Below, piece by piece: positions 17,198 through 31,532 of a DNA stretch of 64,000 bases. Within the stretch, counting starts at the first letter, position 1; every line of letters begins with the position of its first letter. A program made the translations under genes and the position numbers. The stretch lies in the NCBI RefSeq assembly GCF_009914755.1, contig NC_060931.1. One strand, written 5' to 3'. The DNA is from the human T2T-CHM13v2.0 reference genome, Homo sapiens. The notes below the pieces were generated by a model. The model ran no database searches and had not been told where the DNA came from. It was given only the letters and a program-made list of their open reading frames with translations.

Positions 17198-19583
17198 TCA
17201 TTCATTATTGAGAATGTTGGGCTTGGAGCACATTTTGAGAATTCAGAGTGGTAGCTGGGACAGGGCTTTCTGAGAGTGCCCTGGTGCGGGTGGTGAGGGA
17301 GTGGGTGGGCCTGGGGCCGCCCTGGTCCCAGGGAGGAAATCATCTCCTTTCTCCGCACTGGCCCTGGTCGGCATCCTGCTGCCTCCCTGCTCACCGGCCC
17401 ACCCCTGCCCACCGCAGCCACGTCAAGGGCTGAAACTTCACAGGGTGGTTGAGACCGCCTTGGCAGCTTCTTGGACCTCTAGTATTTGTTCAGACTGGGT
17501 TTCCGAGGACCCTGCCAGCTTGTGTAAGACACAGTGACAGCGCCTCCCGCTCATTGGTTCGTGTCATGTGCCAGGCCCTCCTGAGCAGGCTGCTTGAGTG
17601 ACTTCACTCATCCCACGATGCTCTCAGGCTGAGCAGTGTTCTTCGCTTACAGGAGAGCACATTCAGGCCCATGAGGTTGGCGACACAGCCAGCAAGTAGC
17701 GGAGCTGGGATTCAGCCCAGACCCCAAGAGTGGGCTATCTGGGGCACATGGGGAGTTATTGACATTCCCGGGAAGGCAGGGGGCTCTTTTAATACATTTT
17801 AATTTTATTTTATTACTATTTTTAAAGACAAGGTTTTGCTCTGTCACCCAGGCTAGCGTACAGTGGTGCAATCATGGTTCACTGCAGGCTTGAACTCCTG
17901 TGCTCAAGTGATCCTCCTGCCTCAGCCTCCTGAGTAGCTGGGACCACAGGTATACACCACCACACCCGGCTAATTTTTCAGTTTTACGTGGAGGCAAGGT
18001 CTTGCCATGTTGTCCAGGCTGGTCTTGAATTCTTGGCCTCAAGCAATCCTCTTGCCCCAGCCTTCCAAAGTGCTGAGATTATAGGCATGAGCCACCACAC
18101 CTGGCCCAAAAGGCCTCTTGAGGGATGAGCTAGGAGGAGGCCAGTAGACAGGAGGGTGATGGGCCTTGGGTGAGTCAGAGTTTTCCGGGGCATCTTCTGC
18201 CAGGAGTTGGGGCACGTGCATCTGAGATCTTTCTGGGAGTTGGGAGTATAGGAAGGTGTCATCGGGGCTCTCTGAGGACATAGACATAGGCAAGCCAGGC
18301 TCAGGGAGATGCTCCCCCAACTTCCCTCCCTGAGTATCTGGGTCAGCCTGTTTCAGAGAACAGTGTGCTCTATCTGCTGGCCCAGGAGGGTTCTTAGAGG
18401 TGCTGGGACTTCTGTCAGCCCTGTTCCACTCAGCTTCCTGGAGCTTCTTAAGTTCTTAGGAATTATTTTGAGGCAAATTTCTAGATAGTGCTAGAGCTGG
18501 GATTCTGGAGTTAAGTCATTTAATGTGGATTTGTTCCTTTCTCCTGGTATTGGGCCTCGTTGGTCTTTCCTAAACCATTTCCGTTTCTCCCAGTATTTCT
18601 CTGGGGTCCCCGTCCCTGGCCTGAGGGCCCCCAGAAGTGCTGATGTGGGTCCTACCGGTGTGGGCCAGGCAAGTTACAGAAAAGAAGGTGGATGGGCCAG
18701 TCTGTCTTCCCTTGGTGCTGGGGTGGGCATGCTGTGGCTTGCCCCACGTTGTAAGTCAGGAGGGAACCAGGCCAGCAGGCTCCGTTAGTGGAAACAGCCT
18801 CAAAGGGGCCTGCCTCCTGGGGTAGGTGTAGGTGCATCCTGATTCCTTTGGTTTTCTTGGAGCTGGGAGAGGTGTAATTCACCTGCACGAGCCTATCTAC
18901 GCGCTGAAAAACAGGCTTTTCCCCTGCCTGATTCGTAGTGAGGCCCCCTGCAGTTAACCCTCCTCTGACGGATGTAGAGCCAGATGGGGCTTAGTAAATA
19001 CCTGACCTCTTAACCTAGCAGGCGGCAAGGTTCTCACAGCCAAGTGCATGTCAACAGCATCAGGTGAAAGTTACCTTGGATGTGAGGAGGCAGGCAGGGC
19101 AGGCAGGGCCCGTCTAGAGCCAGCGCCATGGGCTGGGGAAGCCCGAGAACCGACTTTTTACTGGCAGCCACTGGAAATACCATGTGAGCGCGTGAAATTG
19201 AAAAATTTCCTGGAACTCACGTGCACAGCTTCCACGTGCCCCCTGGGAACAGGCCGTGATACAAGAAAGCGTGTCATCTGGGGCTGAGCTGCTGGGTGGC
19301 AGTAGATTTCCTGGTAGCTGAAGTTGATCCCTTTAAGCACCAAAACTTGTGTTTTAATGATGTTGGATGGAAATCTTTCCTAAATGTGTCATGCATGCTC
19401 TTGTCTCCCTTAATGGAGAGAGTGTGACACTGCTTAGCACTTGGATGGCTTGGGGTGGTGGTTATGACCAGCAGTCTGTCACAGCTCAGCGAGGTGAAGC
19501 CTGTGGGCGTTTTGCTCTGTGCTGAATGGCTCAGTGGCCCTGCAAAACGGCGCTCAGCTCTTGGTGGCTTTCTGTTGTGGTGG

Positions 19584-19612
19584 GCTGCTGCTGCTGCTGC
19601 TGCTGCTGCTGC
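19584..19612 (+). repeat. (GCT)9 trinucleotide repeat, intronic
   Basis: Direct reading of the sequence. Confidence 0.9.
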
Positions 19613-21888
19613 CCTTGCCTCTAAAAGAACTCACTTCCTCTTCCTCCTGCTGCCACCTGTCTTTTGGCTTGTGGGATTGGAGTCATGGGGCCCAGATGGA
19701 GCCTTGCTCCTGACTTATGATAGGCCCTCGGTCTCTTTTCTTCTCTATTTTTTTCTTCTTTCTTTTCTTTTTCTTTGTTTTTTGTTTTGTTTTGTTTTAA
19801 GAGACAGGGTCTCACTCTGTCACCCAGGCTAGAGTGAAGTGGTGTGATCGTGGCTCACTGCAGCCTCAAACTCCTGGGCTCAAGGGATCCTCCTGCCTCA
19901 GCCTCCTGAGTGGCCAGGACTACAGGCTTGTGCCATTGTGCCCAGCTAATTTTTTAAATTTTTTGTAGAGACGGGTCTCACTATATTGCCCAGGCTGGTC
20001 CCAAACTCTTGGCCTCCCAAAGCACTGGGATTACAAGTGTGAGCCACCGTGCCCTGCCTCTTCTTCTTTTGAGCTAGTCGGTTTCTGAGGTTGCCTTCTG
20101 CTCTATTGTTGCTGTGGTTTTCAGGATGTAGTTAGGGCCCTACAGGAAAGTGCCTGGTGGCCCTTAGGGCCTGGCTTCACCTCCCTCTGCTCCTCCAAGA
20201 CCTTGGCCCCATGGATATTTGTCCTGGGTCTCACCACTGCCCTGGCGGCCTTTGGGAATCATCCTCACAGGTAGAGGAATTGAGGCTCGGGAAGGCGACT
20301 TGCCATGCTCAGCACACACGGCTTTGAGCGGGAGCATACGCCTCTAGCATCGTCTCCAGCCTCTGCAGCTCATGGGACTGGCTGCCAGCCCCAATCCCAG
20401 AGGGTGTGGACTTGGAGAGGGGCTTTGGATCTCCTTCCTCTCCGGCCTCCTGGCTTTGCCCCTCGCCCTGCATAGAAAACTCGGAGTCCTCATGTCTCAC
20501 GTTTCCCACTCTGTCTGGGATCTCCTGGAGATGGTCACAGACAGGAAAGCCAGGGAGGGCCTAATAGGTGGACCAGGAGTTGGGGAGAGGAGGAGGGTGC
20601 CTGAGGCCATGACTATAGGGACTTCTCAGAGAAGGACACTTCAGGGGGCAGTTGGTGCCCCCATCTGGGAACGTTCTGCAGGTCCGAGCCCTCTGAGGAC
20701 GGTGAGGGCGATTGATAACCTCTGAGGTTCCGTCCACCCCTAGGGGCCCCTATCTTGGGAACCTCTGGATCCTTGTACGGTTCAGTTCCTAGAGGTCACA
20801 GCAGGGACACACACCGGGGAGGAACTGCGATTATATGGGGGAAGTGGTGACATTTTTAGAGCTTTCTACAGAACATTCTCCTGGTTCCTGCTCTCCATTC
20901 ACAGGGTGAGCGCCCACTGGAAGCCTCGCTGTGCTTCTGCTTTCTCCTGTAGTCCTTGGAAGCAAGGACTTCTTGTTCGTTCTTTAGGAACGGAAGCAAA
21001 CGTTCTCATTCAGATATGTGCCTCTCCCTGGTGAAGGAAGACCTCACTTCCTGGGATTTTTCTGTGGGATGGAGCAGCCAGGGACCCCATCTCTGGTGGG
21101 GGCGGGGCGGAGGGGGGTGCACCATGGGCTTAGAGCCCCTCTGGGCCAGTGCTGCCTAGCCTGCTGCATAGCCCATTTGTTTTGTAGACTTGCAGTGCCA
21201 AATTTCAGCTTTCTGGGCTCCAACTATGGGCTTGAGCTCAGTGCTGCCCTAGAGGGTCCTGAATGCCTTCACTTATGGAACCTTAGAGTTGCAGAGACCA
21301 TCAGAGATGATCCACTTTCCTTTAAAAAAAAGAAAAGAGGGCTGGGTAGGGTGGCTCACACCTGTAATCCCAGCACTTTGGGAGGCCGAGGTGGGTGGAT
21401 CACTTGAGTTCAGGAGTTCAAGACCAGCCTGGCCAATATGGTGAAACCCCGTCTCTACTAAAAATACAAAAATTAGCCAGGCGTGGTGGCGGGCACCTGT
21501 AATCCCAGCTACTCGGGAGGCTGAGGCAGGAGAATTGCTTGAGCCTGGGAGGCAGAGAGGTTGCAGTGAGCCGAGATCACGCCACTGCGCTCCAGCCTGG
21601 ATGACAGAGTGAGACTCCGAGAAAAAAAAAAAAAGTGGGGGGAAGAGTTGAAACCAGCTGAGGAAGGGGAGGAGCATGCTCCAAATGAATGAAACTGAGT
21701 GTTCAGTAGAGTCAGGACCTTGACCCAGGTGTCCAGACTCCCTGCCCTTCTTAGCATTATCAGGGCCCCCAGATCCACTACCAGCCTTGCCTTTGGATCG
21801 GGAGTAGGCAAGGAGAGCAAGAAGCTGCTCTTTGCTTAGCACGGCCACAGAGGCAATCCTGTTTGAGAACAGTCAACAAACAAACTCA

Positions 21889-22047
<159 letters not shown>

Positions 22048-22070
22048 TCACTTGTAGTCCCAGCTACTCA

Positions 22071-22205
<135 letters not shown>

Positions 22206-22338
22206 CTACCGGCATGACCCTACCTCTTAAAAAAAAGAAATATAATGACTTAAGACCAAATGAGTGGCCAGGTATGGTGTCTCATGCCTGTAATCCCAGC
22301 ACTTTGGGAGGCTGAGGTGGGCAGATCACCTGAGGTCA

Positions 22339-22611
<273 letters not shown>

Positions 22612-23361
22612 TTAAAAAAAAAAACAACAACAACCTTTATTTTATGGTAATTAAGTTCCGGAAAAGTTAACAAAAGTAGTTGGGTTTCCATATCTCCCTC
22701 ATCTGGCTTCTGACATTAACAGCTTTCATAACCATGGTTCAGTTGTCAGATCCAGAAAATTACCACTGGTTGGCTGGGCACGGTGGCTCACTCCTGCAAT
22801 CCCAGCACTTTGGGAGGCCAAGGCAGGCGGATTACGAAGTCGAGAGATCAAGACCATCCTGGGCAACGTAGCGAAACCCCGTCTCTACTAAAAATACATA
22901 AATTAGCCGGGTGTGGTGGCACGCACCTGTAGTCCCAGCTACTCAGGAGGCTGAGGCAGGAGAATCGCTTGAACCTGGGAGGCAGAGGTTTCAGTGAGCC
23001 AAGATCACACCACTGCACTCCAGCCTGGTAATAGAGCGAGACTCCGTCCCCTCACCCCCGCAAAAAAAGAAAATTACCACTGGTATAATACTCTTAACTA
23101 AAGGTTTTTTTTTTCTTTCTTGATTTTTCACCAATTTCCCACTACTGTCCTCTTTCTGTCCCAGGATCCAATCCAGGGTCCCACTTTGCTTCCAGTTCTT
23201 ATTCTCCCCGTCCTCCTCTGGGCTGGAACAGTTTGTCAGTCTTTATCTTTCATAACCTTGTTACTTTCAAAGAGGTGCTTTGTTGAATGTCCCTTAATTT
23301 GAGTTTGTCTTGTTTTCCCATGTTTGGACAAAGATAATGCCCTTTGTTATTTCTTTTTTGA

Positions 23362-23526
<165 letters not shown>

Positions 23527-23720
23527 TGATTGTTGCCCAGGCTAGATAATGCATTTTTGACATTAAATCCCCCCAAAATGGTGTTGCATCCCTCCCAGAG
23601 CATCCTATCGTGGGGTTTATGATACTGACCTGTCTTTTACTGGTGATGACGGTCATGATCATTTGCTAAAGTGGTGTCTGCCAGGATTTTTCTCCTCTAA
23701 ACAGGTGCTATGAGAACCTG

Positions 23721-23755
<35 letters not shown>

Positions 23756-24360
23756 AGACTGAGTTTCTCTCTGTTGCCCAGGCTGGAGTGCAGTGGTGCG
23801 ATCTCGGCTCACTGCAACCTCTGCTGCCCGAGGTTCAAGTGATTCTCCTGCCTCAGCCTCCCAAGTAGCTGGGATTACAGGCGCCTGCCACCATGCCTGG
23901 CTAATTTTTGTAGTTTTAGTAGAGACGGGATTTTGCCATCTTGGCCAGGCTCGTGTTGAACTCCTGACCTCGCGATCCACCCACCTTGGCCTCCCAAAGT
24001 GCTGAGATTATAGGCGTGAGCCACTGCACCCAGCCATTTTTTTTTTTTTTTTTTGAGACGGAGTCTTGCTCTGTTGTCCAGGCTGGAGTGCAGTGGCACG
24101 GTCTCAGCAACCTCCACCTCCTGGGTTCAAGTGATTCTCCTGCCTCAGCCTACTGAATAGCTGGGACTACAGCTGTGTGCCAGCATGCCCAGCTAATTTT
24201 TTATATTTTTAGTAGAGATGGGGTTTCACCGTGTTAGGATGGTATCAATCTCCTGACCTTGTGATCCACCTGCCTCAGCCTCCCAAAGTGCTGGGATTTC
24301 AGGCGTGAGCCACCACGCCTGGCCTGAGAGCCTGCATTTTGATGACACTAGTGAGTGTAA

Positions 24361-24723
<363 letters not shown>

Positions 24724-24891
24724 TGAATTGCCCAGGAAAACAAAACCAAAGGCCTCCACACAGGCACCCAAGGAGCGTAAAAGCGCGAAGGCACCTCAGT
24801 GACTCCCACTTGGCCATGCCGCAGTGTTTCTCCAGCTCTCGTTTCCAATAAGTCAGCGGTGTGCAGTAAGCTCTGCTCTTTTCTCCCCCAG

Positions 24892-24992
24892 TGCCTCCCT
24901 CCCCAGCGGTCCCTCAAGCAGCCCAGGGAGCGTCCCTGCCACTGTGCCCATGCAGATGCCAAAGCCCAGCAGAGTCCAGCAGGCGCTCGCAG
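24892..24992 (+). pseudogene. DTX2P1: DTX2P1 exon, 101 nt
   Basis: ccccag|T acceptor; [34 protein letters not shown]; G|gtagg donor. Confidence 0.9.
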
Positions 24993-25530
24993 GTAGGTGC
25001 CTGCCCTCGGGCTGCAGAGCAGTCTGTGCCCTGCGGGACTTGGTGGGGAGGAAATTGTGATGTGGGGCCTTGTCACCCTCTGGATCCTCAGGGAGAGCCA
25101 GAGGGGCTCCCTGGGGGAGCAGTGCCTCTTTCTGGTGATGGTGTCACCCCAGAGTGAGCCCAGGTGCCCCTCCTTTTGCTCTCTGGGTACGTGGGCCTGA
25201 TGACGGTGGGCGCTCGGGTGCAGACCTTTTCACATCCTTTAACATTTTTGCATTGAATTGCATTATATTTAAATAGTCACTTTCCTGTCCTGAAATACTT
25301 TAAACATTTCCTTAAAGGGGCCCTCTGGGGAATTAATAGATCTATTTCGGCTGTAGTTACTCTTACATCTTGAATAAGAGGCACCTTTTGGGTCCAACCA
25401 GATCTTTTGCTGTACTAACCATACATCTTACATCTTGGAACTGTTTTGGGTTTGGTTTGGTTTTTTGTGAGACAAGAGTCTCGCTCTGTCACCCAGGCTG
25501 GAGTGCAGTGGCGCTAACCCAGCTCACTGA

Positions 25531-26303
<773 letters not shown>

Positions 26304-29300
26304 TAAGGAGGTGGATGGCGCCATCGTTGTTCACAGGGTGATGTGGCGGAATTCAATAATGAGTTGGTGTTTTAGGGGAGTTGCTGTCGTAGTGGCTGAG
26401 AGGGGACAGGCCTGGAGGTAGGGCGGCTGGTGCAGAGCCTGACCTCAGACCTGGGGGCACCAGCCAAGGCCTGACCAGCTTCGAGGCAGTGGAGTGGAGG
26501 GGGAGGTTTGGCTTGAAACATTCAGAGGCATGAGCCGTCAGGCGGGGGGTTGTGAGGGGGGATTGGGGGTAGACTGAGGCCTGCTGGAGTGCAGCCAGTC
26601 ACAACTGAGGAGCAGCCTGGGGCTTGGCGTGTGTGAATTCATTTCGTCCTTAAATCACTGAGGTGGAGGCTTTTGTTCCCATTTTCATTAGAGGAAACTG
26701 AGGCTCGGAGAATTTAAAAATTCTCTGCCAGCCCTTGGCAGAGCTGAGACACAGCCCCGGGCCTTCTTGCCTATGACGGTTCAGTGCTGCTGAGTCTAGG
26801 GGGAGGTTGGGAGGGGGTGATGGCTGTGGAGTGGCCGTTGGAGCTGTTCCGGGGCAGTGGGATTTGGCTGTGGGCCTCAGAAGAGCAGTCTTGGGTGGAA
26901 TGGGGTGCCCCTGACCCCTCGTGGGAGCGTGTGTGCCACAGAGACCGTGGGCGGGACTGAAGAGAAAATGAAGGAGTGGCCAGAGAGGTGGGGGCAGGAG
27001 GGAGAGGAGCTGGAGTGGGGCAGGGGAGACAGAATGAGCAAGACACACTGGCCAGAAAGTCCCTGCTCACTGAAGTCACCGTGCGGCGCCGTAGGGAAAT
27101 CACAGTGTACCGTGTGTGCATGTGCGGCCGTGGTGGCATTGGAGACAGGTTGTGGGTAAACAGACGGGGCCCCCACACGGTTCCTCATGGCCCAGCTCCT
27201 TCCAGTTCTGGGGCTCTCGCAAGCCTTCGTGGCCAGGCCTGACAGTGAGCGACCTCTGAGGCCATGACACAGATCTGAGTGCCCTGGGTGTGGAGTTAGC
27301 ACCTGCCCCCTTCCTCTGTTCTTGAGGCTGAAGGTCCTGTCCAGGCTGTGTCCCAAATTGTCCATCCTGTTGTCTGTCCCCGTTGCTCTCAGAGCAATCC
27401 TGGAGCTAAAGCAGGTATTTTAACATCCATTTTACTTGTGGGGAAATAGATTCGGGAAGCTGGTTCAGGCCTAAGGAAATAGGAGAGCCTGGAGGCTGTG
27501 TAGACTCCTGCCTCCCCCAATTCAAGGCCCAGTGTTGGTACCTACTGGGGGAGCATTGTCTAGGGGAGCAGGGAATGAGAGGAGCCTGGCCAGCACCCCG
27601 GAGCCAGAGCTGGAGAGCAGTGTCCTGTCACCCTGGTGTGCTTGTGGGTTGAGGAATTATACCATGCCCGGCTGCGGAGACGAGCGTTTGCGCACAGGGT
27701 TTTTGCAGGGAGGTTTATAACCAGGAGGTCATGCTTTGGAAGGACTGAGTGCTGGAGGCACTGCTTCCAAGTGACAGTGCCTCCAGGTGACAGCTCCCCT
27801 GGCTGTGGCATAGCCCAGTCCCTCTATCGGGTGGGGGCAGGGACTGTGAGGCTGGAGCCAGGGTCTCCACCCCTCACCTGGTCACAGCAGCGGTCCATCC
27901 ACAGCTCACACTGCTGCCTGGGGCAGGGATGGGTGTCAGCAGCCTGCCCAGGACTGCTCAGCTGGTGAGGGCTGGCACTGGGCTCGAACCCAGGCTGGGG
28001 AGATCAGAGCGCACAGAGGAGAGGCTTGGATCTCAGCCCTGGCCCTGGGTGTCAGAAGGAGGGGTGTCTGCAAATTGGAAGTGAGAATCAGTGAGTGGGG
28101 GCTTCACTCTTCAGGGCTCTGACAGCGGGAATCCTCCCAGATGGGTGGAGAAAAAGGCTGTGGCCCTCCGAGTTATTCAGGTGATTTGGGGGCTGTCAGG
28201 AGTTTGGGGGGTTGTCCCTAGCCCTCCTCCTCTCCAGGCTTCTGGGTTGAAACTTGTGTGTTTGTGACTTGAATTCAGGGGAGTGGGTCCTGCATTGAAA
28301 AGGACACGTGTGTCACTCATGCGGCCTCCTGGGGGCTGGTGGTGGCCCAAGGATGTCTTCATTCCTCAGCAAACACAGAGGGCTGCAGGCTTCCCAGGGA
28401 TCAGGCACTGCCCCAGCGGGGTGCTGGAGATGCAGCTACGGGTGGGACCTCGTGGAACTCGTGCTGAGGGAAGACACTCCATAGAAACAGAGGGGAGTGC
28501 AAAGTAGGAGTCCAGTACGGCGGGGCGGGAGGCTTGGAGGGACAGGCCCCGTCAGGCAGTGTTCAGGGAAGGCCTGCCCGCCGAGGCAGTGTTGCCGGAG
28601 AACCCTGGGTAGGGAGACGTGTCCTGGCCTTTGGTCCTCCCAGACGACGTGGGCAGCGCAGAGGCACCAGGTTCTCTTGAGGAAAACTGCACCTGTCCCT
28701 GTCCTCTCCCATCTGTCTGCCACCCGCGCCCGCTTGTCCTTCTCTCCACCCGACATTCAGTTCCCACAGGAACCGCATTTGAGCCCAGGAACAAGCTTGG
28801 GATGTTGGGGGCATTGAGCTCCCGGGCTCAAACCTCTGTCCTCTGATGCACGCTTTGGTGTCTCCTGCTGAGCGGCCACTGCAACTCACCCTGCCCACCT
28901 CGGCTCTGCTGCCCAGGCTGGTGGCTGGTCTCCGCTTCTGTCCCCACAGCCAGGCACATGTGCCGGGTTGAGAAGCTTTGTTCTTCTAGTGGGGGCGCAG
29001 TGGCTGGCCTGGCCGCCCTTCACCCCTGAGTCACGCCATCTGTTCCTGGATGGGGAGTGGGGTCCAGGAGGACTGGGATCTCTACCAACTCCCCCGGCAG
29101 CCGGCTGTGCCCAGCTCCTGAGCCAGGTTCTGCAGACCCTGGAAGCCACCTTAAGGGATGGCTAAGAAGCTCTGGGCTTCCCCTTTCTCTGGAGAGGAGG
29201 TGCTTTTGACCTAACTGACCGATGACAGGGAGGACCGGGGAGCTGGCACTATGGAAAGTGGGGTAGGCCGAGGGTGTGGCAGGAACGGGTTCGTCCAGCA

Positions 29301-30077
29301 GGACACGCTGTGTCCCAGGAAGCGCTGGGTCATCAGGGAGCACGAAGGAAGCAGTGTCAGAGGAGAGTCCCCCAGGGCAAGTGTGGGGTTCCCTGCAGGC
29401 ATCCGGCAGTGGTGAGCTCTGGAAAGAGTGGCCGGTCTGTCCCAGCATAGCTGCTGGCCACAGGCCCACCCTTGCCCGAGGGCGCCAGAGCCACAGCCTG
29501 GGGCCTTGCTGCAGCCCAGCCCTCACAGTATGGGGATGCTGCAGTGTGGGAGCAGGCCCAGGGGCCACGTTCCTGCCCGCCTACCCCAGCGCTGTCGCTG
29601 AAGGCCCTGGCACCCAGATCAGCCAGGAGGGGCATGGAGCACACACAGCGCCCAGTGGAGGCTGGAGGCCTAGTAACTCCAAGCCAGGAGGGCCCAGGGC
29701 CTCCTGGGGAAGCTGAGCCCTTGGAGCCAGCCCCACCCAGGAGACCCCGTGCCCCGGGCGGCTTCCTGGAGTGGCGTCCTCCGCCCTCTGCTCTCCTGAA
29801 GTCACGGGTCCTGCCCCGGTGCCCACCTGCACACTGAGGGCACGGGCTTGTCTGTTGCTCCTATAGAAACCTGTGGGCTCTGGGGCCAGGGCTACCATGA
29901 GCCAGGCTGCCCCACCCTCTGATTCCTGGCCTGGGTAGTCCCCAGGGAGACCTGTGCGTCCCCGTGGCCATTGATGGTGTCACATCCTTGGCCTGAGCAG
30001 GGTTTGTTGGCGTCACATGCCGAAGGAGTCTTCTAATGTCTCTCCCTCTCTGCGTGTCTGCTCTCACGCCCGTGCAG

Positions 30078-30218
30078 GCATGACGAGTGTTCTGATGTCA
30101 GCCATTGGACTCCCTGTGTGTCTTAGCCGCGCACCCCAGCCCACCAGCCCTCCCGCCTCCCGTCTGGCTTCCAAAAGTCACGGCTCAGTTAAGAGATTGA
30201 GGAAAATGTCCGTGAAAG
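30078..30218 (+). pseudogene. DTX2P1: DTX2P1 exon, 141 nt
   Basis: tgcag|GC acceptor; [20 protein letters not shown]...RKMSVK; G|gtagt donor. Confidence 0.9.
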
Positions 30219-31532
30219 GTAGTTCTTGTTCCCAAAAGCTCTCTGGCCTTTGCTAAGCCTCCTTCCGGCCTCGCTGCCTCCGACTCTTCTGCACAGACCC
30301 TCTTCCTTCTCTCTGCTCCCTGACTCCTGGGGGAAGGGGCTCAGTGGCCCTTCTCCCTGCCCCCGCTCGGCAGCAGAGGCGGCCCCTGGAAGCTGACTTT
30401 CCACCGCAGCCCCAGAGTTCAGCTCCTCTCCTCCAGTCACAGCTGGCATGAGGGGGCTTGTTCTTGAGGACTTTGTGATTTTTGTAAGCAGCAAGTTGTG
30501 GGTGAGAGGCGGCGCCCGGCTCAGGATGCGGGGACAACCGTCCCTTCCGCCAGGGCCAGCACGTGTCTCGGGAAAGGCCCCCAGACAGCGGCCCAGGTCT
30601 GCTGCCCAGGTCTGCTGCCCTGACCCCCAGCCCTGTGTGGCCGCCACGTGGGCTGCTTGAGAGGGGTCCCTCGGTGACCCCTGCCCTGCTCGTTGCATGG
30701 CCACAGAAGAAGGGGCTTTAGGACCACAGCAGGTCCAGGGAGTTACAGCAAGACCTGCTCGGAGCAGCCTGTGATGGTCAAGTTCTGAACCTTTCCCAAG
30801 CGGGTGCTGGCCCTGCTTCCACCCCTGGGCTGTGGAAGTGTGGACTGTGGCCAGTCCAGATGCTCTTGAGTGGGCGTGGTGGCGGGCAGGGAGGGTGGCC
30901 GTGGCCCTGCTGGCCCTCAGTGTCTGTGTCATCTCAGCAGGTCCTCTCGGAGCCTCCGCTTAGCAGAGGGGCTTGGCGAGGTCTAGGAAATACTCGAAGC
31001 GCCTGGCATGCGGCAAGGGTGGCTTCCGATCGTGTCCGACCTCCAGCCCACAGGCGAGGAGGTGGGCTCAGGGAGGGGTGGGCCTCGAGCTCCTGCCCCC
31101 AGCCCAGGGCTCTGCACGCCCTGCCCTTCCCCTGCCCTGGGGGAGGAGCCAGACTCGTTGGCAGCCCGGCTGGCAACCTTCTGTGGCACTCGGGTTTACC
31201 TGGGAAGGACACGCTCTTGGTGGGTCGCCTGGCTGGCCCCTTCTGAGACACGTGGCTAATGGAAAGCTCCCTTCTGTTCTGAAAAGCTGCAAGGGCTGGG
31301 GTGGGTGGGCGGGGGTGGGATGCTGTGCCCGGCCTCACCAGGGCTGGGCAGAGGCGAGGCCCAGGCTCACCCGGAGATGGCTCTGGAGTTGGCAGGCTTT
31401 TCCAAAGGAAAAGGCCCCCCTCAGCCTGAGTAGGGCATTCCAGCCACACGGAGGGTGACCCTGAGCTGGGGGCCATCGTTCTGGTCTGGCGTTCTCGCCA
31501 CCGTGACAGGATTTGGGTTCGGGCAGTCTGTA

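Noticed and set aside
19455-19832. Poly-Ala / poly-Leu ORFs over (GCT)9 as a coding exon or disease-type repeat
   Set aside because: Short intronic tract, no convincing splice context, and the ORF runs into an Alu.
26650-31476. Long overlapping ORFs on both strands in GC-rich intron sequence (e.g. 30189-30932, 247 aa)
   Set aside because: Expected by chance in GC-rich DNA; low-complexity P/G/A/R composition and no recognisable domain apart from the DTX2 exon.
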